Source of the DNA: Candidatus Saccharibacteria bacterium RIFCSPHIGHO2_12_FULL_47_17
GTDB lineage: Bacteria; Patescibacteriota; Saccharimonadia; Saccharimonadales; UBA10212
Assembly (NCBI GenBank): GCA_001790575.1
Contig: MGCV01000004.1
Coordinates: 1 to 55,339 of the forward strand
DNA: 55,339 nucleotides
Direction of reading: 5' to 3'
A program made the position numbers and the translations under genes. This document shows, piece after piece, positions 18,113-25,692 of the stretch (the first letter of the stretch is position 1; each line of letters begins with the position of its first letter). The notes under the pieces are model-generated. The model had not been told where the DNA came from and did not search any database. It worked only from the letters and a program-made list of their open reading frames with translations.

Positions 18113-19357
18113 CTAGCGACCACTAAGAGCTTGAACGATTTGGTCGGCTGACAGCTCTTTTTCTTCGCTGCTTTTCAGATTTTTAAGCTTGTATTTTTGG
18201 TTCGCCAGTTCTTGCTCGCCAATGAAAATAGCATATTTGACGCCCGATTTTGCGGCGTTTTTAATTTTGGCATCGAGTTTTCGCTCAGTTGGATCAACTG
18301 CCAAATTCAAACCATTTTGGCGCAGCTCAGACAAAATTGGTTGTACCGCGCCGTAAACATCACCGATTAAAATCACCGCCGCATTAGTTTCCGGCTCAAG
18401 CTTCGGCAAGAGACTATTCGATTCCAAAAAGTTTTGCAGTGTCACATCACCCATACCGAAGCCGACTGTCGGTACTGGCTCGACGCCAAATTCCGCCACT
18501 AGTCCGTCATAGCGGCCGCCGCCGAACATGGCTCGATTGTTTTCGGCGCTCTCATCGAAGACTTCAAAGACTATATCGGTGTAGTAATCCATGCCACGAG
18601 CAATTTCTGGATCGAATACAATGCTCGAAACGCCGGCCTTTTCCAGCAAGTTCAAAAGAGCAGCAATATTTTCCGGTGGTTGCTCTTTAGACCAGTATTC
18701 AAGCAGGTCATCAGCAGTTTTTTGACCGACCGCTTCTTTAAGTGAAGAGTTGAACTCTGTCTCACTCATTCTGACGCGTTTATCAAGCAGTTTAGCCACC
18801 GCTCGATGCTGGGCTTGATCTAGTCTCAAATCTTTGTAGACTGCCCCGGCAGCCTTTAGACTATTAACCCGAATTTTGTAACTGTCTGGTTTGGCGCCGT
18901 AAGTTTTAAGAATGGCATCGGTAATCTGGATTATTTCGACATCAGCTTCAAGGCCTTCAACGCCGAAGATATCGACATTAAGTTGCCAGTGTTCACGCAG
19001 GCGGCCGCGCTGCGGCCGCTCATAGCGCCACAAGTTGGGGATGCTGTACCAGCGCAGCGGGTAGGTTAGTTCCTGGCGGCGAGCGGCCACCATCCGGCTG
19101 ACGCTTGGCGTCATTTCCGGTCTGATAGCGACCTTGCGGCCGCCGCGGTCTTCAAAGCTGTAAAGCTGTTCGCTGACAATTTCCTCGCCGGTTTTGGCGG
19201 CATAGATTTCAAACGACTCAATCAGTGGCGCGTCGTATTCTTGGTAGCCAAAACTTTCAACTACATCACGAAGCTTTGCGAACATCCACTTTTGAATGCG
19301 CTTATCCTCGGGATAAAAATCCCTCGCCCCCTTATACGGTTGAGTACTCAAGCTCAT
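18113..19357 (-). CDS. hisS: histidine--tRNA ligase
   Basis: 414 aa with GARDFYP, RPEMTPS, YERPQRGRLREHWQLNVDIFG (motif 2), GGGRYDGL (motif 3) and a C-terminal anticodon-binding-type domain. Confidence 0.9.
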   Translation of the reverse strand: MSLSTQPYKGARDFYPEDKRIQKWMFAKLRDVVESFGYQEYDAPLIESFEIYAAKTGEEIVSEQLYSFEDRGGRKVAIRPEMTPSVSRMVAARRQELTYPLRWYSIPNLWRYERPQRGRLREHWQLNVDIFGVEGLEADVEIIQITDAILKTYGAKPDSYKIRVNSLKAAGAVYKDLRLDQAQHRAVAKLLDKRVRMSETEFNSSLKEAVGQKTADDLLEYWSKEQPPENIAALLNLLEKAGVSSIVFDPEIARGMDYYTDIVFEVFDESAENNRAMFGGGRYDGLVAEFGVEPVPTVGFGMGDVTLQNFLESNSLLPKLEPETNAAVILIGDVYGAVQPILSELRQNGLNLAVDPTERKLDAKIKNAAKSGVKYAIFIGEQELANQKYKLKNLKSSEEKELSADQIVQALSGR

Positions 19358-20026
19358 GTTTCGCCTCCATTATAGCCGAAGCAGTCCTTGAACTCATCAA
19401 AAGGCATACGCCAGGCATTCATATCTTTACATATACCGCCAAGTTCAACTCTGCCAGCTCTAGCAACAATCACCAGCTTGTTATCTTTTAGTGTTTGACC
19501 ACTCTCTCTTATGTCAAACATTAGTTCGCACTCGCCCCCTATAACAGCTGCTTCAACCGATATCATCTCTTTTATGGAGATATCATACCTTCTTTCTCTA
19601 GCAAAACGTGCTGAACCGACTGGATATTTAGTTGCAACCATTGGTGAAACTAATGACTGTTTGTCATCCAATAGCCTTCTGTAACGAGCAACCCGACCAC
19701 TCTTTGCAGCTAATATCATCTCGCCTATCTTGATGCCGAGTGGTTCAAAGCGTGTCTGAAGCCCTTCGGCTGTATATTCGATTTCCGTGTAGGCATCGGA
19801 GCCCATGAAACCGATGTCTGCATTCTCGTCAATCAAGAATGGCAGCATATCGCGGTCTTTTACCAGATAATAAATCCTACCGCCGGTTTTGGCGATGAAC
19901 TGACCTCCCGAGGAACCGTGGGATATTAATTCCCTGGCCTAGCAGCCAGTCTTCGCAATTTTTCTGATTTTTGTTTTTGGGTAACAAAATTATTGATGAG
20001 ACTTGAGCAATTTCTGCAAATTTCAT
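19354..20026 (-). pseudogene. hisG: short-form ATP phosphoribosyltransferase (HisG-like), interrupted by a frameshift
   Basis: Frame A from the ATG at 20026 (SD AAGGA) gives MKFAEIAQVSSIILLPKNKNQKNCEDWLLGQGINIPRFLGR, then stops at 19877. Frame B (+1) continues ...GGQFIAKTGGRIYYLVKDRDMLPFLIDENADIGFMGSD...VATKYP...SVEAAVIGGECELMFDIRESGQTLKDNKL. The span is 673 nt, not a multiple of 3. The shift lies near 19896-19910. The stop overlaps the hisS start as ATGA. Confidence 0.6.
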
Positions 20027-20058
20027 TTTTAAATCCTTTCAAATTAAAAATTATTAAA

Positions 20059-20080
20059 AACGCCGGGCGAACCCGGCGTT
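20059..20080 (-). terminator. rho-independent terminator
   Basis: AACGCCGGG-cgaa-CCCGGCGTT. On the minus strand it is followed by TTTTTAATAATTTTT. It lies downstream of the 127-aa ORF. Confidence 0.65.
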
Positions 20081-20203
20081 AAATTTCAAGTCAAAGAAAC
20101 AGCTAACCGAGTCGCTCCGGCAATATATGCAGATGATGCAGGTTAGTTATTACGCACATGGTTAATACATTACTACTTTCTATTTTTTTGTCAAATGCGG
20201 AAG

Positions 20204-20587
20204 TTAGCCATTGTCCATCCCGCCACCTAGGTCGCCCGAAGCGAGAGGGGGATCAAATGCCGCTTGAATTCTATCTAATGAATCTCCGTCCATGCCACTG
20301 GCAAATACTGCTGCCTGGCCGGGATTTCTTAAAACTTCTCGTGCCCTCTCAAACTGTTCTTGCTGGGCCATAACTCCTTCCAATTCAGCTGAAAATTCCA
20401 CTCCTTGAACTTCAAGATACTCACGCGCCAGTCTGCCGAGCAATACACTCGACAAAACACCGTTATGTTGAGAAAAATCTGCTAGCGCTGCGTCGAGCTC
20501 TTTGGGCAAAATCACGCTTCTCAATGCATAGTCTGAAGGCTCAGATTCCACTGGTCCTATACGTACTTCTTCCATACCACTTGCCAT
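20204..20587 (-). CDS. hypothetical protein
   Basis: 127-aa ORF next to tRNA-Leu. The N-terminal segment LRSVILPKELDAALADFSQ could be ribbon-helix-helix-like, which is weak evidence. A terminator lies downstream. Confidence 0.45.
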   Translation of the reverse strand: MASGMEEVRIGPVESEPSDYALRSVILPKELDAALADFSQHNGVLSSVLLGRLAREYLEVQGVEFSAELEGVMAQQEQFERAREVLRNPGQAAVFASGMDGDSLDRIQAAFDPPLASGDLGGGMDNG

Positions 20588-20636
20588 AACAGCTCCTCAA
20601 TTGTTTAGACTTGATTTTATCATAAAAAGTTGGTTT

Positions 20637-20721
20637 TGGTGCCGAGAAGAGGACTCGAACCTCCATGGATTTCTCCGCTAGCTCCTAAAGCTAGTGCGTC
20701 TACCAATTTCGCCATCTCGGC
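20637..20721 (-). tRNA. tRNA-Leu (anticodon UAG), CCA encoded
   Basis: Reverse complement folds as GCCGAGA-TG-GCGAAATTGGTAGACGC-A-CTAGC-TTTAGGA-GCTAG-long variable arm-GGAGGTTCGAGTCCTCT-TCTCGGC-A-CCA. It has a 7-bp acceptor stem, a TAG anticodon and a TTCGAGT T-loop. Confidence 0.9.
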
Positions 20722-20870
20722 ACAACAAAAGTATACCAACCTGTCCCGCACTAATTCCTGAATGTAGAAGAGGTTGAATAAACCTATTTCGAATTATCAA
20801 GAATTGGTGTGGGGGTTTCACCACATCCCCTGACGCGGCTTTAGAGCCAAAAGTATTATACCAAGGAGAA

Positions 20871-21299
20871 TCAGGTAGACTGTGAAAGCGTGGCCGTTGC
20901 AATGATTTTTGCATCAGGTCTCGAAATCCTACCACTAAGAACGATACCTAGGTCGAAAAAGGGAGGCAATCCAGCTTTGAGCTCTTCCCGAGGCGGGGTA
21001 AGGGGCTCACCTATAGCCAAAGCATATTGTTCGGTATAAGGCCCAGTAACCGGCACCGCGCAGAACGAGTCTAATTTATCTAATACAACACCACCCACAA
21101 CTTTGCCATGTCTCTTTTTCCCGGAGATCTTGACTTCGGCTTCAAGCCACTCGAGATTTACGAACATATCCACAACCCATAACACATGCATAGCTATTCT
21201 TTCGTATGTATCAGTTGCAACTTCTATATAGTTTCCCCTTTGATAGGCAACCCGGGGGCTAATGGGGACACCTCTCTCAAGTTCTATGGGCATGTTCAT
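20871..21299 (-). CDS. hypothetical protein
   Basis: 142-aa ORF co-directional with rsmD. No domain recognised. Confidence 0.4.
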   Translation of the reverse strand: MNMPIELERGVPISPRVAYQRGNYIEVATDTYERIAMHVLWVVDMFVNLEWLEAEVKISGKKRHGKVVGGVVLDKLDSFCAVPVTGPYTEQYALAIGEPLTPPREELKAGLPPFFDLGIVLSGRISRPDAKIIATATLSQST

Positions 21300-21338
21300 A
21301 AGTCTTGTTACGATACCTTAAATATAGAAAAAGTAAAA

Positions 21339-21875
21339 CTAGCTCTTTTTACGGTAAAAAACCAGCTGGGCGTCACCGTAGTTTTTGGCTGTAATCAGCT
21401 CGACTCTTTCGAACTCCGGCGCCGGCACATTTCCGGGAAATGACAAAACTGCCAAGCCGCCGGCTTTAACATGACGATTAATTAATGTCTGAAGCTGTTG
21501 CATCTTTATCCGTTCATACGGCGGATCTAGGACTACCAAGTCAAACGTACGCTCCATATTATGAATGCTCCAGCCGCCTACGCTACCGTGTACTACTTCA
21601 ATTTGCTTCTCAAGCTGTAGCTCCTTGACATTCTTTTCGATTATAAAGTGGGCCGAGTGCTCCTTTTCGGTAGCGACGGCCTTTTTGGCACCGCGGCTAA
21701 TGGCTTCAATGGCAATCGCGCCGGTTCCGGCATAAGCGTCCAGAAACGTCAGTCCTTTGATATCGCCAAGAACATTAAAAAGCGCTCCCCTTACCTTTTC
21801 GCTCATCGGATGAGTTTTATGCCCATGCGGCTCGTGCAACAATCTTCCCTTTAGTTTGCCAGCAATAATTCTCAT
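21339..21875 (-). CDS. rsmD: 16S rRNA (guanine966-N2)-methyltransferase RsmD-like
   Basis: 178 aa with MRIIAGKLKGR, RPMSEKVRGALFN-type block, FLDAYAGTGAIAIEAISRGA and the DPPY motif. Confidence 0.85.
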   Translation of the reverse strand: MRIIAGKLKGRLLHEPHGHKTHPMSEKVRGALFNVLGDIKGLTFLDAYAGTGAIAIEAISRGAKKAVATEKEHSAHFIIEKNVKELQLEKQIEVVHGSVGGWSIHNMERTFDLVVLDPPYERIKMQQLQTLINRHVKAGGLAVLSFPGNVPAPEFERVELITAKNYGDAQLVFYRKKS

Positions 21876-21884
21876 TACTATATT

Positions 21885-22295
21885 TTATCCTATGGCGAGA
21901 ACTTGTTCAGCGGCAATTGCTCCACAGTGGATGCCCTTGAGGAGCGAGCGGCTAGGTTTACTACACTCGGCAATTCGGTTTCTTATGTCATCCCCAGTGA
22001 CGGCTCCTGCTAGTATAAAAAATTCACCCTCATCACCAACCTCAATCCCTGAATTTAAGTGTACTTCTACTGCTTCTGATGTGATACATGCTACGAGTGT
22101 CTCCACTACACCGAATCCAGAGCTAGGATTATCCAATCCAGATTCTCTTAAGATAACCTCTTTACCGTGGCTAGTTAGGAAAAGATCCCTTTCACGTAAT
22201 TTACGACGATCCATAAATTCCACGTTTTTAACTTCAGCTACGACCCCTTTTGGTGCTCTGGGACAGCCAGCACAAAACCGCACAACTTCAGTCAT
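21885..22295 (-). CDS. hypothetical protein
   Basis: 136-aa ORF co-directional with, and tightly spaced between, recG and rsmD. A CxxC lies near the N-terminus. Preferred over the S/T/P-rich antisense ORF 21856..22317. Confidence 0.4.
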   Translation of the reverse strand: MTEVVRFCAGCPRAPKGVVAEVKNVEFMDRRKLRERDLFLTSHGKEVILRESGLDNPSSGFGVVETLVACITSEAVEVHLNSGIEVGDEGEFFILAGAVTGDDIRNRIAECSKPSRSLLKGIHCGAIAAEQVLAIG

Positions 22296-22332
22296 TGTTT
22301 TTATTATGATAGATTAACTTCATTTCTACGAA

Positions 22333-24369
22333 TTAGTTTAAGTTGGTAATGGCTCGCAGCTGGCCGACGCGATAGTCAAGGTGTTTGTATTTTTTGATGT
22401 CTTCGCCGGCTTCGATGAATTTTTGAGCGGCGCCGCGGGCCGCAGCAATTAGTTTGGTGTCAGAAAGGTTGGCTACCCTTAAATCAAGTGCCCCATGCTG
22501 CAATGTCCCATAAATAGCACCCGGGCCACGTTGCTGGAGGTCTATCTCCGCCAACCTAAAACCATCGGTGATTGTTTCCAAGGCCCGCAGCCGCTGGCTC
22601 GGTGCCTTGGCGTCACTTAGCATCAAGAAGCAGTAGCTCTGATGTCCAGCTCGACCAACCCGGCCGCGCAACTGATGAAGCTGGGCTAGGCCGTAACGCT
22701 CGGCGCCTTCAATTAGCATAACTGTGGCGTTCGGCACATCAACCCCAACTTCGATAACAGTGGTGCTGACTAAAATATCGTACTTCTTCTCCAAAAAATC
22801 CTGCATCATTTTTTCTTTATCGGTGGCCTTCATTTTGCCATGAAGCAAGCCGACTTGGCGGTGCTTAAAGTCGTGCTTGCTCAAGCGTTCATAGACTTCC
22901 TCAACTGACAGCCCGCGGCTGCGCTCCGTATCAGTAATTAGTGGGCAAACTACAAACATCTGATGCCCGGCGGCTAGTTCCTTATCGATTTCTCTATATA
23001 GTTGAGCTCTGGAATTAGGTGAGCAGATTTTGGTCTTAACGAGCTTCCGGCCGGGCGGCATTTCGTCAAGAATCGAAATATCAAGTTCACCGTAAAGCGT
23101 TAAGGCCAAGCTGCGCGGAATTGGCGTGGCACTGATATGCAAAACGTGCGGCATATGCCCCGCTTTAGCCTGCAGTTTTTTGCGCTGCTCAACGCCAAAA
23201 CGATGTTGTTCATCAATAACCACCAGACCCAGTTTGTGCATATCCAGCTTCTCGGCTATAAGAGCGTGAGTACCGACCATGAATTTGACCTCGCCGGCAG
23301 CGATTTTAGCGTGAACTTGGGATTTAGCTTTCGGTTTTAGTGAACCAATCAGTAAGGCCACATGGTGGCCATAGCCAACGCTGGCTAGCAGATTATATAA
23401 GGTTTCGGCGTGCTGGCGGGCAAGAATTTCGGTCGGCGCCATCAGCGCCACCTGGAATTGCTCTTCCATGGCCATCAGTGCCGCCATAGCGGCCACCACA
23501 GTCTTGCCGGAACCAACATCCCCCTCTAGCAAACGGTTCATCGGCTGGGTTTTAGCCATGTCTTGGTAAATCCGCCAGATCGCCCGGCGCTGAGCATCTG
23601 TCAGTTTGAAAGGTAGCTTTTCGACAAAGTTTTTAGCTAAACTTTCCTTAAATGGTATGGCCAAAGACTTTTCTTTATAAAGTTCATATTTGTTAAGTAG
23701 CGCCGCTAGTGTCAGCTCAAAGATTTCTTCAAAAGCCAAGCGGCGCCGGGCTTTTTCTAGTAGTGCTGATGAGCTGGGAAAATGGACTTCCCTAACCGCG
23801 CCGTGAAACGGCATAAGTTTGTGTTCGGCCAGTAACCAGTCCGGCAGATGTTCGGGCAACTGCCTAGTTTGATTTAAAACTTCGCGGATTAGTTTGCGGA
23901 TGGTGAACGATTTTAAGCCTTTGGTCTCGCGATAAATTGGAATAATTCGAGCAGTATTGATTGGAAAATTACTAACCTGCTCTACCGACGGATTGTTAAT
24001 GGTAAAACGGCCGCGGTGCAGCCCGTAGTCGCCAGCAATAAAGTAGGTTTGATCCGCTTTTATAGCGCCAGCTCGGTATGGTTGATTGAACCAAACTAAC
24101 CGAACACTGGCTGAATCATCAGTGGCGATGGCTTCGGTAATATGTAAACCCCGCCGGACATAGCGGCCCTTAACTTGACCGATCTTGGCTTCGATAGTAA
24201 CTTGGCCGGGCCTGAGCTTGGCAATCGGCACGACTTGCGAGTAATCATCATAGCGCCGCGGAAAATTATTTATTAAATCAATAGCCGTTCGAATGCCCAA
24301 GCTTTCCAGTAGCTTGGCTGTTTCGGAGCCTACCCCTTTTAGTTCGCTAACTGGTGCGTCTAAGTTCAC
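22333..24369 (-). CDS. recG: ATP-dependent DNA helicase RecG
   Basis: 678 aa with an N-terminal wedge/OB region, LEGDVGSGKT (Walker A), DEQHRFG and the QLRGRVGRG helicase motif VI. Confidence 0.95.
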   Translation of the reverse strand: MNLDAPVSELKGVGSETAKLLESLGIRTAIDLINNFPRRYDDYSQVVPIAKLRPGQVTIEAKIGQVKGRYVRRGLHITEAIATDDSASVRLVWFNQPYRAGAIKADQTYFIAGDYGLHRGRFTINNPSVEQVSNFPINTARIIPIYRETKGLKSFTIRKLIREVLNQTRQLPEHLPDWLLAEHKLMPFHGAVREVHFPSSSALLEKARRRLAFEEIFELTLAALLNKYELYKEKSLAIPFKESLAKNFVEKLPFKLTDAQRRAIWRIYQDMAKTQPMNRLLEGDVGSGKTVVAAMAALMAMEEQFQVALMAPTEILARQHAETLYNLLASVGYGHHVALLIGSLKPKAKSQVHAKIAAGEVKFMVGTHALIAEKLDMHKLGLVVIDEQHRFGVEQRKKLQAKAGHMPHVLHISATPIPRSLALTLYGELDISILDEMPPGRKLVKTKICSPNSRAQLYREIDKELAAGHQMFVVCPLITDTERSRGLSVEEVYERLSKHDFKHRQVGLLHGKMKATDKEKMMQDFLEKKYDILVSTTVIEVGVDVPNATVMLIEGAERYGLAQLHQLRGRVGRAGHQSYCFLMLSDAKAPSQRLRALETITDGFRLAEIDLQQRGPGAIYGTLQHGALDLRVANLSDTKLIAAARGAAQKFIEAGEDIKKYKHLDYRVGQLRAITNLN

Positions 24370-24372
24370 CTC

Positions 24373-25617
24373 TCACTCGTGTTCGATCAACGCCGAATCT
24401 TTGTAGGCTTTACCGCGTCGCAAGAGTGCTCGTCCATTCACAAAATCAGCCGCCGCCAGCAATTCCCGCTCGACGGTTTGACCGTTAAGGTAAATAGCGC
24501 CACTGGACAGTAGACGGCGGGCTTCGGTTTTGGAACTCGCTAATCCGGTTTTGACGAGAATATCAATTAATGATGTACCAGACTTGACCTTGAGATTGGG
24601 TATTTCTCGTTTGAGTTGGGTAATTTCGGCTGGACTAGCTTTATGGAGAGATACTTGACTTGTTAAGTATTTTGTAGTCCGTTCGGATAAGTCTCCCCCA
24701 CCGCCGCCATGCACCAGTTCAGTAACTGCCTTGGCTAAAGTAGTTTGGGCCAAGCGTTTGGCCGGATCTCGGCTGTGATCAGCCATCACCTGCTCTATCT
24801 GGCCCTTAGTCAAGAAGGAGAAGATTTTTAAATAATCCTCAACATCCCCGTCATCAGTATTTATCCAAAATTGATAAAACTGAGTCGGCGAGGTTTTGGC
24901 CGGATCAAGCCAGATAGCTCCAGCCTCGCTTTTACCGAATTTGACTCCAGTTTGCTTACTGATGACCAGCGGCATTGACAGGGCGTGAACTTCTTTGGCT
25001 TCTTTTTTGCGCACCATGCTAACGCCGGATAGCATATTACCCCACTGATCCGATCCACCAATTTGTAAGACTACCTCGTAGTTTTTAAACAGATGCCAAA
25101 AGTCATAAGCCTGAACCAACGAATAGCTGAATTCGGTGTAACTAATGCCGGAGCCATGCTCGCCCATACGCTCGGTCACGAATTCCCGCTGCATTAGTTC
25201 GGTCATCGAAAAATGCTTGCCAACGTCACGTAGAAAGTCAAGGTATTTCAGGCTAGCTAACCAATCATGGTTGTCAACCATGGTGTAATTTTCGCCCGCA
25301 AATAGCTGCGTCACCTGCTCTCGCACAGCTTCGATGTTTTGCTTGATCTCTTCCCGACTTTTGAGCTGACGCTCCTTGACTTTGCCGCCGGGATCACCGA
25401 CCAGCGATGTACCGCCGCCCATAACTATGACAGCCTTCCAGCCAGCATCTATCAAACGTCTATCCATTACTAGAGCGGCTAGGTTGCCAATGGTTAAGCT
25501 ATCACTGGAGGCGTCATAGCCGTGGTAAAAGGTTTGAGGTTTATCCAGCCATTCGGTTTTACCGAAAGTTGTATCCTTAATTAGACCCCGCCACGCCAAA
25601 TCATCGCTTAGTTTCAT
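24373..25617 (-). CDS. tyrS: tyrosine--tRNA ligase
   Basis: 414 aa with a class I fold, a degenerate HIGH region (SLTIGNL), KFGKS (the KMSKS equivalent) and a C-terminal S4-like domain. SD AAGGAG lies upstream. Confidence 0.92.
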   Translation of the reverse strand: MKLSDDLAWRGLIKDTTFGKTEWLDKPQTFYHGYDASSDSLTIGNLAALVMDRRLIDAGWKAVIVMGGGTSLVGDPGGKVKERQLKSREEIKQNIEAVREQVTQLFAGENYTMVDNHDWLASLKYLDFLRDVGKHFSMTELMQREFVTERMGEHGSGISYTEFSYSLVQAYDFWHLFKNYEVVLQIGGSDQWGNMLSGVSMVRKKEAKEVHALSMPLVISKQTGVKFGKSEAGAIWLDPAKTSPTQFYQFWINTDDGDVEDYLKIFSFLTKGQIEQVMADHSRDPAKRLAQTTLAKAVTELVHGGGGGDLSERTTKYLTSQVSLHKASPAEITQLKREIPNLKVKSGTSLIDILVKTGLASSKTEARRLLSSGAIYLNGQTVERELLAAADFVNGRALLRRGKAYKDSALIEHE

Positions 25618-25671
25618 CGTATTAGCCTTCTCCTTAACTGTAGTAAGTATAGTATATCCACTTAGCGCTTT

Positions 25672-25680
25672 TGTTATAAT
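25672..25680 (+). promoter_or_regulatory. extended -10 promoter (TGTTATAAT) for the PBP gene
   Basis: TGTTATAAT ends 12 nt before the ATG at 25693. No SD lies between them. Confidence 0.4.
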
Positions 25681-25692
25681 TATTGTAACTAT

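Noticed and set aside
18113-19357. Calling the HisRS-like gene hisZ (regulatory subunit of short HisG) because of its hisG neighbour.
   Set aside because: The protein retains class II motifs 2 and 3 (YERPQRGRLREHWQ, GGGRYD), the RPEMTP histidine-binding loop and a full anticodon-binding-type C-terminus. These features are typical of a true synthetase.
20678-20935. 85-aa ORF overlapping the tRNA-Leu gene.
   Set aside because: It overlaps a well-folding tRNA on the same strand and has no supporting signals.
21856-22317. 153-aa plus-strand ORF opposite the 136-aa minus-strand ORF.
   Set aside because: It is S/T/P-rich and runs against the surrounding recG-rsmD transcription direction. The minus-strand ORF fits the tight operon spacing. 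Neither has recognisable homology, so confidence remains low.
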